A program made the position numbers and the translations under genes. A DNA stretch of 64,000 nucleotides from Candidatus Nealsonbacteria bacterium. Lineage in GTDB: Bacteria > Patescibacteriota > Minisyncoccia > Minisyncoccales > UBA6532. Position 1 is the first letter of the stretch. Each line of letters starts with the position of its first letter. The notes under the pieces were generated by a model. The model saw only the letters and a program-made list of their open reading frames with translations. It had not been told where the DNA came from and ran no database searches. The stretch lies in NCBI GenBank assembly GCA_016186485.1, contig JACPLN010000008.1, positions 8,673-72,672 of the forward strand. The letters are read 5' to 3'. Positions 18,652 to 28,044 of this stretch are shown piece after piece.

Positions 18652-20976
18652 TTATTTCACGATAATCTTTCCTTTCATGTTTGGATGGAAACCGCAAAAA
18701 TATTCATAGCTGCCCGTGGTTTTTGGAACAATCAATTCTGCGGTATCGTTTTCTTTGAGATCTCTCAAAGAAAGCTGTCCTCTAACGTTATGAAGGACGC
18801 TGTCATTGTTTTTAAAAATAACCTTGCCGCCCGCAGCTACCTCTACTACTGAGGGAGAAAAAGAAAAACCCTTAATTGAAACATTTACCGTAAAAGGAAT
18901 TTGCTCTATTTTAAGGCCGATGTCTTCAGAACCTTTTTCCGGAACAAACTGGCTTTTTTCAACAGCAGGCTGTTCTTTAGTTTCTGTTTCCGATCTTGGA
19001 ATTTCAATAGGTTTTGCTTCAACTGGTTTTAACTCAGCCGGTTTTACCTCTATTGATTTTTGCTCTGCTGGTTTCACGGCAGGCATGGGCACAGTTCTTA
19101 CTTCGGTTATACTAAGCGCCCGAAGAAGAATTTCCTTGGCGCCCCTTAATAGATTCAAAGCGGAAGTAGATTCTCCGAATGATTTGCCAAAATTGCCCTG
19201 CTCAAAAGCATCTTTTGCTCTTTGAATATGTTTGGCTGCTTCTTCAATCTTTTCATTGAATAACCTTTTGTATTTTAAGACCACCGCTTCGTCTGAAATC
19301 TTCTGGAATGTACCATCGGCTTCCTCTTTCAGGCTTTGAATATTTGTTTCTACGTTATCAATCCTTGCTTTTGCCTCTTCTTCTTTAATGTTCTTTTTAA
19401 GAACATTTTCGCTTCTAACCTCAACTTTTTCAATCAAATTGGGACGGAACTGTTCCACCGTAGAACGGTTACCGGGTTCCAGTCTGATTTTTTCTTCAAA
19501 AACTTTAAGCTTGCCGGGATCCTCAATGAATTCAATTTTTTGCTCAATGCGTTTTACCTGGTTAAACATCAGTTCTTGGGAAATCGGGGCTCCCAGCTTT
19601 TGCTGCATGCCTTTTATTACTCCGATATTGTCCGGGTTGTCGTCAACCAAGGCGCGAACCTTTTCTGCTCTTTCCCCCGAACTCCTGCTTCCCTGTATTT
19701 GTTCCTTAATACGATTGATTGACCCTTCTTTAAGGTCTTCTGCAATGTTTTGCTTATCTTCAGGGAGAGCTTCTTTTATATCTTCAAATACTTCCACCTG
19801 CTTCACATCTGCAAACCTTTCATTAGACTCCCTAACAAACTCTTTTACTTTATCTTGGGTATCAAGAAAGTCTATCTTGGTCCTGAACTTTCCGATTGCC
19901 TCCTGTTTTACTTCAAGAACCTTAGAAGACAAGGCGGGATCAAAATTGTCTTCAATGTCTTTTAACGCCCGCAAGCCTTCTACCGTTCCGTCGTTGATTG
20001 GGGAAAGAAACTCTTTTACAAGTTCAGGATTTTCATTTCTTGCTTCATTAAGCCTTTGCTCAAAACCATTAAGAAATTTTTCTTTGGCCTCATTAACATT
20101 TTTTTGAGCCTCTTCAGAAACAGGAACAAATTTCATGTGGTCAAATACTTTTACATACCGCACTTCGTCTCCGCCGATTCTTTGTACATAGTCGCCTAAA
20201 AGTTCTCTCTGCCCCTTTGGAAGCTGCTCAAATTTTTCTTTAAAGCGCTTTAAAGAATTTTCCTGCGCTTGGCGAATAGCATCTTTGGCTTGCTCTGGCA
20301 CCTTTTCTTCAACTGCCTTAAGCACCTCTAAATTTCTAAGGGGTTTGAAAGAGCTTCCTTCGTCGGACAATGCCGTCGCAACAACTTCTTTTATCTTTTC
20401 CTGGTCTTTAACGTTTTCTATAACGCCTCCGAGATGTTCAATGGTTTTTCCCCTTGTCTCTTTAATTCCGGCGATAACTCCCAAGGGAGCTTCTTTCTCA
20501 AAGTTTCCCAAAAGCACTTGATGCTTTAATTGGTCGCCCAAAGACTTCTCTGAAAACTTCTCAACAAATTCGGGGTTTTTATCTTTAAGGTTTTCGGCTA
20601 TTTTATTTGCTCCCTCAACGTCCTTTTCGTAATTCTTTAGGTGCTTTTCCAAGACCTTAAAATTCCCTTTCTCCGCCAGTTTTTGGGCTTCAATAATTTT
20701 TTCATTGGCAAACTGCAATTTTAACTCCGCTTTCCTTTCCTGATTAAACGTAAGGGCCGACCTCACTCCCCGAAAAGTGTTTTTAAAGAAATAAAACGGG
20801 CTATCCGGCAAAATGCCCGAATCCCCGACGCCCAAATCTCCTGCTAAAACCGCCTCGTCCTGAGCAACAAGTGCATTAACGTTTGAGGCCGGCAAAACTT
20901 CCTCTTGGGCGTTTGCAAGAAAGGCCAGGCCGGCAAATAAAAATATAATAAACGATATAGTAATTATTTTGTTCAT
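18652..20976 (-). CDS. Large secreted helical protein (DUF5667-like N-terminus) with C-terminal cupredoxin domain
   Basis: Signal peptide MNKIITISF..., GILPDSPFYFFK, C-terminal FSPSVVEV...HNV...YEYFCGFHPNMKGKIIV (His/Cys/His/Met type-1 Cu ligands). Confidence 0.8.
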   Translation of the reverse strand: MNKIITISFIIFLFAGLAFLANAQEEVLPASNVNALVAQDEAVLAGDLGVGDSGILPDSPFYFFKNTFRGVRSALTFNQERKAELKLQFANEKIIEAQKLAEKGNFKVLEKHLKNYEKDVEGANKIAENLKDKNPEFVEKFSEKSLGDQLKHQVLLGNFEKEAPLGVIAGIKETRGKTIEHLGGVIENVKDQEKIKEVVATALSDEGSSFKPLRNLEVLKAVEEKVPEQAKDAIRQAQENSLKRFKEKFEQLPKGQRELLGDYVQRIGGDEVRYVKVFDHMKFVPVSEEAQKNVNEAKEKFLNGFEQRLNEARNENPELVKEFLSPINDGTVEGLRALKDIEDNFDPALSSKVLEVKQEAIGKFRTKIDFLDTQDKVKEFVRESNERFADVKQVEVFEDIKEALPEDKQNIAEDLKEGSINRIKEQIQGSRSSGERAEKVRALVDDNPDNIGVIKGMQQKLGAPISQELMFNQVKRIEQKIEFIEDPGKLKVFEEKIRLEPGNRSTVEQFRPNLIEKVEVRSENVLKKNIKEEEAKARIDNVETNIQSLKEEADGTFQKISDEAVVLKYKRLFNEKIEEAAKHIQRAKDAFEQGNFGKSFGESTSALNLLRGAKEILLRALSITEVRTVPMPAVKPAEQKSIEVKPAELKPVEAKPIEIPRSETETKEQPAVEKSQFVPEKGSEDIGLKIEQIPFTVNVSIKGFSFSPSVVEVAAGGKVIFKNNDSVLHNVRGQLSLRDLKENDTAELIVPKTTGSYEYFCGFHPNMKGKIIVK

Positions 20977-21026
20977 ATAGCATATTATAAAGTATTTAAA
21001 AATTGTTGCCAGATTTGTTTTCCACA

Positions 21027-21086
21027 CCCCGTAGTAGAAATTAGACAATCTGCGATTATGAAATAAGTCTAATTTCTACTACGGGG
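21027..21086. mobile_element. Miniature inverted-repeat element, CCCCGTAG family, copy 3 (60 bp)
   Basis: Perfect 20-bp TIR CCCCGTAGTAGAAATTAGAC, flanked by direct repeat CACA. Confidence 0.8.
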
Positions 21087-21138
21087 CACAGCTTCTTGAA
21101 TAACGAAAATTAAGATGCTAATATCAAAAGTAGATTTA

Positions 21139-21210
21139 GCCGAGGTAGCTCATTGGTAGAGCTCTTGTCTGAAGAACAAGGAGTAGGGAGTTCGATTCTC
21201 CCCCTCGGCA
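21139..21210 (+). tRNA. tRNA-Phe(GAA)
   Basis: GCCGAGG/CCTCGGC, CTTGT-CTGAAGA-ACAAG. Confidence 0.92.
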
Positions 21211-21216
21211 CCGTGG

Positions 21217-21246
21217 GCCTTCGCCTCGCCGAAGCGGGGCTACGGC
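21217..21246. repeat. GC-rich palindromic repeat in tRNA spacer
   Basis: GCCTTCGCCTCGCCGAAGCGGGGCTACGGC shares CGCCTCGCCGAAG with the reverse complement of 52407-52446. Confidence 0.6.
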
Positions 21247-21255
21247 TACGCGAAA

Positions 21256-21329
21256 GCGGGTGTAGCACAATGGTAGTGCATCTGGTTGCCAATCAGAGTA
21301 CGTGGGTTCGATTCCCATCACCCGCTCCA
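21256..21329 (+). tRNA. tRNA-Gly(GCC)
   Basis: GCGGGTG/CACCCGC, TCTGG-TTGCCAA-TCAGA, encoded CCA. Confidence 0.93.
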
Positions 21330-21389
21330 TAATCAAAAAAGAGGAGTCCGTTTCCTATGACACCTCTTTATCTTTATAAATTGTATTTA

Positions 21390-21824
21390 TTATAGCCTAT
21401 TAAGAGCTTTCTGGTGTAAGCTTATCAAGGCTTTTCCTAAATAGACAAGACTTACGACAAGACTTACGACAAGACCTACGACAAGACCTGAGACAAGACC
21501 TGAGCCAAGACCTACGACAAGACCTACGACAAGACCTGAGACAAGAACTACGCCAATATCATATCTATTGTATCCCAGATTTTCTATAGCAGGGGACAAC
21601 CAAAGAAAGACAGCCAATATCAAATTAAGATAAAGTGGAAAAAGAAAGACATCAAACCAACGGTTAATAGTCAGGGAAAACGAACCGATAACAAACTTAT
21701 AAGTTGGTGGCGCGTTAGTCAACCAGCTAATCAATCCCCAAGCAACAGCATAGGTTATGGCACCCCAGAAAGCAGCGATAGCCATTAAAGCCAATTTTCT
21801 CTTTTGGGACATTTGCTTATTCAA
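21390..21824 (-). CDS. Hypothetical membrane protein with (G/S)LV(V/S) tetrapeptide repeat
   Basis: Hydrophobic ORF containing a 12-bp tandem array. Confidence 0.65.
   Translation of the reverse strand: MNKQMSQKRKLALMAIAAFWGAITYAVAWGLISWLTNAPPTYKFVIGSFSLTINRWFDVFLFPLYLNLILAVFLWLSPAIENLGYNRYDIGVVLVSGLVVGLVVGLGSGLVSGLVVGLVVSLVVSLVYLGKALISLHQKALNRL
21445..21552. repeat. Tandem repeat, 9 x 12 bp
   Basis: Units ACAAGAC(C/T)T(ACG/GAG). Confidence 0.92.
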
Positions 21825-22153
21825 TTTTCAACCCTAACATTACTAGTAAAGAGTATATCATATCCCTTTTATGATGTCAAGAAGAATCTCTCTTGGCTAA
21901 AACAAAAAGCCCGTAACCGCTGGACAATTTCCATTTAAGAAATAGTGAGTGGTGGGGTAAATCTATTTATTTGATTTTCGTCACCTCCGATGTTAAATCG
22001 GGAATAAAGGACAATTCAGTCGTATCTCTCCAATAGGTTCTAACGTCCTCCACTATCCCGCTCCACAATTTGACTTTCCTAACCCACTCATAAAACCTGT
22101 GGCCTCTTGACAAAATGAAAGAACTTTAATAGGATAGTGAATAGTGATATGTA

Positions 22154-22528
22154 ATGGGTGAAATAGTGTACGTCTTTACTCTGCACGACGATGAACATGA
22201 TTTCCGTATTAGAGGTGCGGTTTTAGCCCGTTCGCCTAGAGAAGCAGTATCTTTTTTGGGTGGCGAATTCATCGAAGTTGAAGGATGGCCCATGGGTAGC
22301 TCAACAAACGTAGACGAATTGAGTCTTTTCGGCAAAGTTAGATTTGCCCCAGAGCTTTTCCGCGAGTACAGCGACAAAGAGCTTGCCCAGATGCCGCTAG
22401 ATTACAATCCAGGACGATATTACAAAAGGGGCCTTGGGCTCCTCCTTTGGGAGAAACGTGGAGAAAAAGGAAAAGAATTAGTATTGCGTAGAAATTTTGT
22501 ATCTCTTCCAGAGTACTTAGTTCATTAA
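22154..22528 (+). CDS. Hypothetical protein
   Basis: 124-aa ORF followed by GTGGCA-CTGT-TGCCAC-T-run terminator. Confidence 0.6.
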   Translation: MGEIVYVFTLHDDEHDFRIRGAVLARSPREAVSFLGGEFIEVEGWPMGSSTNVDELSLFGKVRFAPELFREYSDKELAQMPLDYNPGRYYKRGLGLLLWEKRGEKGKELVLRRNFVSLPEYLVH

Positions 22529-22768
22529 GCGTTTTGAGTGGCACTGTTGCCACTTTTTATTTCCCCCAATCTTGACTTAAAGATAAGTAGCGGGATAGAT
22601 AACCCTTGCTTTTCCTTTTGAGTTCATTTGATTTTCAGCCCCCTCCTTCCTCCGGCGATAAACTAAGAATGAAAAAGCGTTCGGAAGCCAGACTTCCTTC
22701 GGTTATGGACTTGACTTTTTCCTCTGGACGAGTATAATAGAGGATATCCCCTTAAGGGGATTTTTATT

Positions 22769-23242
22769 ATGAAAAACCAAAACAAAATAAAAAACGTGGT
22801 TTTTGCTGCCCTATTTTTGGCTGGTTTTTTGGCGTTTGACGCCAATCCCGCCCCCAGTTCAGCCCTGGAAGCGCCAGAAGAAAATTCTCTGCTGATCGCT
22901 CAAAACAACTCTATTTTGCCGGTTTCAAATCCCCCGTTGGCAAGGGTAGTAAAAAGAGTGCCGGTTGTTATTACGGCCTATTCTTCTTCCCCCATGGAAA
23001 CAGACGAAGACCCTTTTACTACGGCCGCTGGAACAAGAGTAAGAGACGGTGTAGTGGCCAACAATCTCCTTTACTTTGGAACTAGAATCAGGTTTCCCGA
23101 GCTTTACGGAGATAAAATATTTGTTGTAGAAGACAGAATGGCGAGCTATAAAGGCTACTACCATTTTGACATCTGGTTTGAAAACAGGCAGGAAGCCCTG
23201 AACTTCGGAACAAAAAACACCTACATTGAAATCCTCAACTAA
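22769..23242 (+). CDS. 3D-domain (MltA/Rpf-like) secreted protein
   Basis: Signal peptide, ITAYSS...TDEDPFTTAAG, VEDRM, FDIWF, ALNFG. Confidence 0.9.
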   Translation: MKNQNKIKNVVFAALFLAGFLAFDANPAPSSALEAPEENSLLIAQNNSILPVSNPPLARVVKRVPVVITAYSSSPMETDEDPFTTAAGTRVRDGVVANNLLYFGTRIRFPELYGDKIFVVEDRMASYKGYYHFDIWFENRQEALNFGTKNTYIEILN

Positions 23243-23265
23243 CACGCTGACTAAGTTTGGCTTGG

Positions 23266-23319
23266 TTGACTAAATCCTATCGGCTGTTAAGATTAAATCG
23301 GACTTAATAAATCCGATTT
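23266..23319 (+). promoter_or_regulatory. Suf operon promoter and putative Rrf2/IscR operator
   Basis: TTGACT-N16-(TG)TAAGAT followed by 25-bp dyad AAATCGGA-CTTAATAAA-TCCGATTT (23295-23319). Confidence 0.65.
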
Positions 23320-23337
23320 TTTCTTAGTGCGGCTACA

Positions 23338-23763
23338 ATGAAAATATCTGCCCAATCTTACTACGGTTTAAAAGCAGTAACTTTTCTTGCTAAAGAAAGC
23401 AGGGTTTTCTCGGTAAAAGAAATTGCGGACGGGGAGCGTATTCCTTACGATTACTTGGAAAAGATAATGCAAAAATTAACTAGAGCGGGACTGGTAACTT
23501 CAAAAAGGGGAAGCGCGGGAGGTTATTCCTTAAAGCGTCCAAGCAGCAAAATTACTGCCAAAGATATTTTAACGGCCCTAGACGAAGCAATTCTTCCGAT
23601 TCTTTGCGTCATGTCAAATAAAAGCCGGAGCTACTGCATTATGGAAAAAACCTGCCTTAGCAAAAACGTCTGGCAGAGAATGCAGAAAGCCATAAATTAC
23701 AGTTTAAATTCTATAACCCTGGCTGATTTAGTTTATGTTAATCCTAAAAAATCTAAGCGCTAA
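23338..23763 (+). CDS. Rrf2-family (IscR-like) regulator
   Basis: YLEKIMQKL..AGLV.SKRG..GGY.L; three C-terminal Cys. Confidence 0.93.
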   Translation: MKISAQSYYGLKAVTFLAKESRVFSVKEIADGERIPYDYLEKIMQKLTRAGLVTSKRGSAGGYSLKRPSSKITAKDILTALDEAILPILCVMSNKSRSYCIMEKTCLSKNVWQRMQKAINYSLNSITLADLVYVNPKKSKR

Positions 23764-24448
23764 AATTAATAACAAGGATATTTTAAGAGATATAAGTTTT
23801 ACTTTTGAGGAAGGAAAGGTCTATGCCCTAATGGGCCCTAACGGATCGGGCAAATCAACTTTAGCCTTCAGCGTCATGGGGCACCCCAGCTATTCTTTTC
23901 CTGAAAAATCCAAAATAATCTTTGACGGGAAAAACATTACCCGCCTGAAACCAGAAAGAAGAGCCAAACTTGGCATATTTTTGTCTTTCCAGTCTCCCCT
24001 AGCCCTTTCTGGCGTTAACGTCTTCCAACTCTTAAGATACGCCTCGCAAAAGAAAATTGATCCTTTGTCTTTAAAAGAAAAATTGGAAGATTATTCAAGG
24101 AAACTAAAAGTTGCAAAAGAGCTTTTAGAAAGGCCCCTTAACGAAGGTTTTTCGGGCGGAGAAAGAAAAAAGATGGAAATCTTACAGGCCGCCATTTTAA
24201 ATCCAAGGCTTGCCTTTTTTGATGAAATTGACACCGGCGTGGACGTTGACGCCTTAAAAACAATAGCCCTCTTCCTAAATGACCTAAAAAAAGGAGGGAA
24301 AACATTTGTTTTGATAACCCACTACAACAGAATTTTAAAGCACATAAAACCGGATGCCGTATTGGTAATGAAAGAGGGCCGATTAGTAAGGGTCGGGGAC
24401 GGAAAACTAGTGGATAAGATTGAAAAAGAAGGCTATGAAAAAATTTGA
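23735..24448 (+). CDS. sufC: Fe-S assembly ATPase SufC
   Basis: MGPNGSGKST, LNEGFSGGERKKMEILQ, DEIDTGVDVDA, ITHY. Confidence 0.96.
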   Translation: MLILKNLSAKINNKDILRDISFTFEEGKVYALMGPNGSGKSTLAFSVMGHPSYSFPEKSKIIFDGKNITRLKPERRAKLGIFLSFQSPLALSGVNVFQLLRYASQKKIDPLSLKEKLEDYSRKLKVAKELLERPLNEGFSGGERKKMEILQAAILNPRLAFFDEIDTGVDVDALKTIALFLNDLKKGGKTFVLITHYNRILKHIKPDAVLVMKEGRLVRVGDGKLVDKIEKEGYEKI

Positions 24449-25823
24449 TTTCAAATATAAATACGGATTCTCAATGCCGGAAAGGGCGGTTTTTAAGACG
24501 AAACCCGGGCTTTCGGCAAAAACCGTTGAGGAAATATCAAATATAAAAGAGGAGCCCGCCTGGATGCGCGACTTCAGGCTAAAATCCTACCAAACATTTG
24601 TCCAAAAGCAGCTTCCAAGCTGGGGAGGCGACCTGTCCAAGATTAATTTTGACAATATCGTGTATTTTATTAGAGCGATAAAAGACAGGGCAAAATCTTG
24701 GGAAAATCTGCCTAAAGAAATAAGAGAAACATATGAAAAAATAGGGATTCCGGAAGCTGAAAAGAAGTTTTTAGCCGGAGTAAGCTCGCAATACGACTCT
24801 GAAGTTGTCTATGAAAGCGTCCGCCAAGAACTCCAAAAGCAAGGGGTAATATTCTGCGATACAGACAGCGCGGTTAAAAAGTACCCCGCTATTGTCAAAA
24901 AGTATTTTGGAAAGCTGATTCCTCCCAACGACAACAAATTCGCTGCCTTAAACTCGGCTGTTTGGTCTGGCGGAAGTTTCGTTTATGTGCCAAAAGGAGT
25001 GAAAGTTTCCTTGCCTTTGCAAGCCTATTTCAGAATTAACGCCAAAAATTTCGGCCAGTTCGAAAGAACTCTAATAATCGCCGAGGAAGGAAGTTCTGTT
25101 CACTATGTAGAAGGTTGTACGGCGCCAATTTACTCTACCGATTCCCTTCATGCTGCAGTTGTAGAAATATTTGTCAAAAAAGGAGCCAGGGTTAGATACA
25201 CCACGGTTCAAAACTGGAGCAAAAATGTCTATAATTTAGTTACCAAAAGAGCGAAAGCGGAAGAAAATGCAATTATGGAATGGATAGATTGTAATTTGGG
25301 AAGCCAACTTACAATGAAATATCCGTCGGTATATCTTTCTGGCAAAGGGGCAAGAGGCGAGGTTTTGTCTATTGCTTTGGCCGGCAAAGAGCAGCATCAG
25401 GATGCCGGAGCAAAAATGATTCATCTGGCTCCCGATACTTCTTCAAGAATTATTTCAAAATCAATTTCCAAAGACGGAGGAAGAACTTCTTATAGGGGCC
25501 TGGTTTACGTTGCGCCCGGCGCCAAAAACTCTTCTGTCTATGTTTCCTGCGACGCCCTGATAATGGATGAAAAATCAAGGTCCGACACTTATCCATATAT
25601 GAAAGTGATCCAAAAAGATACCCGGGTTCAGCACGAAGCAACGGTTGAAAAATTAGGCGAAGAGAAGCTTTTCTATTTAACCTCAAGGGGCATTAAAAAA
25701 GAGGAGGCGGAAGGCATTTTAGTAAACGGCTTTATTGAACCTGTAGCAAAAGAAATTCCCTTTGAATATTCAATAGAGCTCAACAGGTTAATTAATTTAG
25801 AAATGTCGGGATCGGTCGGATAA
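24435..25823 (+). CDS. sufB: Fe-S assembly protein SufB
   Basis: GQFERTLII, YVEGCTAP, TMKYPS, PFEYSIELNRLI. Confidence 0.97.
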   Translation: MKKFDFKYKYGFSMPERAVFKTKPGLSAKTVEEISNIKEEPAWMRDFRLKSYQTFVQKQLPSWGGDLSKINFDNIVYFIRAIKDRAKSWENLPKEIRETYEKIGIPEAEKKFLAGVSSQYDSEVVYESVRQELQKQGVIFCDTDSAVKKYPAIVKKYFGKLIPPNDNKFAALNSAVWSGGSFVYVPKGVKVSLPLQAYFRINAKNFGQFERTLIIAEEGSSVHYVEGCTAPIYSTDSLHAAVVEIFVKKGARVRYTTVQNWSKNVYNLVTKRAKAEENAIMEWIDCNLGSQLTMKYPSVYLSGKGARGEVLSIALAGKEQHQDAGAKMIHLAPDTSSRIISKSISKDGGRTSYRGLVYVAPGAKNSSVYVSCDALIMDEKSRSDTYPYMKVIQKDTRVQHEATVEKLGEEKLFYLTSRGIKKEEAEGILVNGFIEPVAKEIPFEYSIELNRLINLEMSGSVG

Positions 25824-25825
25824 AT

Positions 25826-26392
25826 ATGGCTATTCTTAACTTCACAAAAGATAAAAAGCGCCTTGTTTTCCTTTTCAATCATTCGGGAAAAATAGACATA
25901 AAAGCGGCAAAACCCGGTCATAGCGTTTATATCTGCGGTCTGTTTTTGGGCAAAAACAAAGATGTTTTTGAGATTAAAACACTTCAGCACCATAAAGCTC
26001 CCGACACATTCTCCAATCTATTGATAAAAGGGGTATTCTTTGATAAATCAAGGTTTCATCATCAAGGTTTAATAAGGATTGAAAAAAGCGCCCAACGGTC
26101 TCATGCCTACCAAAAAAGCCAAAGCTTGGTGATGTCGGGGGAAACCTTTGTTGAATCTGAACCGTTTCTTGAGATATTGGCTGACGACGTTATGTGCAAG
26201 CACGGCTCAACAACGGGAAAATTGGAAGACGACCAAATTTATTATCTTAAAACAAGGGGGCTTAGCGAAAAGAAGGCGAAACATGCTCTTATAGATGGCT
26301 TTATTAACGACTTATTCTTAGAAATTGAAAAACTGGGATTTAAAAACGAGGTTAAAAACTATAAAAAACAATGTTCAGCGTTAATAAAATAA
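25826..26392 (+). CDS. sufD: Short SufD (C-terminal beta-helix only)
   Basis: PFLEILADDVMCKHGST.G, IYYLKTRG; only 188 aa. Confidence 0.88.
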   Translation: MAILNFTKDKKRLVFLFNHSGKIDIKAAKPGHSVYICGLFLGKNKDVFEIKTLQHHKAPDTFSNLLIKGVFFDKSRFHHQGLIRIEKSAQRSHAYQKSQSLVMSGETFVESEPFLEILADDVMCKHGSTTGKLEDDQIYYLKTRGLSEKKAKHALIDGFINDLFLEIEKLGFKNEVKNYKKQCSALIK

Positions 26393-27597
26393 AAAAGGAT
26401 TTTCCGGTTTTTAAAAACCACCCCAAACTGGTTTACCTTGATTCTGCGGCTACTTCTTTAAAGCCAAGGGGTGTAATTGTGAAATTAGTGGAATATTACG
26501 AGAAATACCCGGCTAACGTTTTCAGGGGAATCTACAAAATTTCAGAAAAGGCGACCGAAGAGCTTGAAGAAACAAGAAAAATCGTTGCTGATTTTATAGG
26601 AGCTAAAACGCCGAAAGAAGTAATTTTTACCCGCAACACCACCGAATCAATCAACCTGGTCAGTTACGCATTGGGAGAAAAAATATTAAGAAAGGGCGAT
26701 GAAGTCGCTCTTTCAATAGCGGAACACCACTCTAACTTTGTGCCCTGGCAGCAGCTAGCTAAGAAAAACGGAGCTGTTTTTAAAATAATAGATGTAAACG
26801 AAGACGGAAAACTGATTATCAAAAAAGGTTTCTTTTCAAGAAAAACAAAAATTCTGGCCCTAACTTATGTTTCAAATGTTTTGGGAACGATAAATCCAAT
26901 AAAGGAAATAATAAAGCTGGCGAAATCAGAAAACCCTGGGATAATAACCGTTATTGACGCCGCCCAAGCCATCCCCCATCTTAAAATAGACGTTAAAAAA
27001 CTGGGAGCCGACTTCCTGGCTTTTTCTTCCCATAAAATGCTGGGCCCGACAGGCCTGGGAATTTTGTGGGGAAAAGAAAAAATCTTGCAGGAGATGAAAC
27101 CATTCAATTTCGGCGGAGAAATGGTAGAAGAGGTTTCAATCAAAAAAACTACGTTTAAAGAGCCCCCTCTCAAGTTTGAAGCCGGCACGCCGGATATTGC
27201 GGGAATAATCGCTTTGAAAGAAGCAATAAGATACCTTTCAAAAATTGGTTTCAAGAATATAAGAAGACACGAAATTGAAATTACAAGATACGCCATGGAA
27301 CGGATGCTCAAAGAATTCGGAGAAAGAATAAAGATCTTCGGGCCAAAAGACCCGCGAGATCGGGGCGGAATAATATCTTTTGCGCTTTCGGGCCTGCATC
27401 CTCATGACGTTGCCCAAATTTTAGACGAAAAAAACATATGCGTCAGAGCGGGGCACCACTGCGCCATTCCCCTTCATAAAAGATTAGGGGTTCCTGCCAC
27501 AACCAGGGCCAGCTTTTACATTTACAACGACAAGAAAGATATAGATAAATTAATTTTAGGGCTGAAGAAAGCATGGATTCTATTTACAAAGAAATAA
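26371..27597 (+). CDS. sufS: Cysteine desulfurase SufS
   Basis: YLDSAATSLKP, EHHSN, SSHKMLGPTG, RAGHHCA. Confidence 0.97.
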   Translation: MFSVNKIKKDFPVFKNHPKLVYLDSAATSLKPRGVIVKLVEYYEKYPANVFRGIYKISEKATEELEETRKIVADFIGAKTPKEVIFTRNTTESINLVSYALGEKILRKGDEVALSIAEHHSNFVPWQQLAKKNGAVFKIIDVNEDGKLIIKKGFFSRKTKILALTYVSNVLGTINPIKEIIKLAKSENPGIITVIDAAQAIPHLKIDVKKLGADFLAFSSHKMLGPTGLGILWGKEKILQEMKPFNFGGEMVEEVSIKKTTFKEPPLKFEAGTPDIAGIIALKEAIRYLSKIGFKNIRRHEIEITRYAMERMLKEFGERIKIFGPKDPRDRGGIISFALSGLHPHDVAQILDEKNICVRAGHHCAIPLHKRLGVPATTRASFYIYNDKKDIDKLILGLKKAWILFTKK

Positions 27598-27941
27598 TTC
27601 TTGAATACTATAAAAACCCGAAGAATTATGGCAGAATAAAAAAACCGACCAGTAGCGCCTTTCTCGCAAACCCCCTTTGCGGAGACAAAATAAGAATTGA
27701 TGTTATTTTGAAAAAAGGAAAGGTAAGAGAAATTAAGTTTTCCGGGGATGGCTGCGCGATTTCTCAGGCTTCGGCTTCCTTGCTCACGGAATACAGCAAG
27801 CAAAAAAAAGCGACTATTCTTAAGAAAATCGGCCCCAAAAAGGTTTTGCAAATGCTTGGGATAAAAATCGGCCCCGCAAGGCTAAAATGCGCTCTTTTAC
27901 CCTTGGAGGTTTTTAAAAAAGCAATTAGCAAAACCCCGTAG
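27573..27941 (+). CDS. sufU: SufU/IscU-type protein
   Basis: NPLCGD, GDGCAISQASAS, PARLKCALL; stop codon supplied by the adjacent inverted-repeat element. Confidence 0.92.
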   Translation: MDSIYKEIILEYYKNPKNYGRIKKPTSSAFLANPLCGDKIRIDVILKKGKVREIKFSGDGCAISQASASLLTEYSKQKKATILKKIGPKKVLQMLGIKIGPARLKCALLPLEVFKKAISKTP

Positions 27942-28011
27942 TGAATTTTTGACTTATTTCACAATATTAGTTTTTCTTTTAAGAAAAACTTGTCGAAAAT
28001 CTACTACGGGG
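27934..28011. mobile_element. Miniature inverted-repeat element, CCCCGTAG family, copy 4 (78 bp)
   Basis: CCCCGTAGTGAATTTTTGAC ... GTCGAAAATCTACTACGGGG, flanked by AAA on both sides. Confidence 0.75.
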
Positions 28012-28044
28012 AAAGGTCGTAAAAAAATAAATAAATTTTTATTC

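Noticed and set aside
21110..21336. Short minus-strand ORFs of 60-66 aa
   Set aside because: Antisense shadows of tRNA-Phe and tRNA-Gly; the same applies to the ORFs at 6276, 58390 and 63394
21445..21552. Possible CRISPR array
   Set aside because: Units are contiguous 12-mers without unique spacers, and they are in frame within an ORF
22600..22712. Possible riboswitch or ribozyme upstream of the 3D-domain gene
   Set aside because: Some pairing potential (AGTTCAT/ATGGACT, TTTTCA/TGAAAA), but no recognisable c-di-AMP or HDV consensus, and a promoter lies downstream of it; needs a covariance search
27949..28044. Long N-terminal extension of SodN in the ORF track
   Set aside because: It runs through the inverted-repeat element; ATG 28045 gives a typical short leader before the Ni-hook
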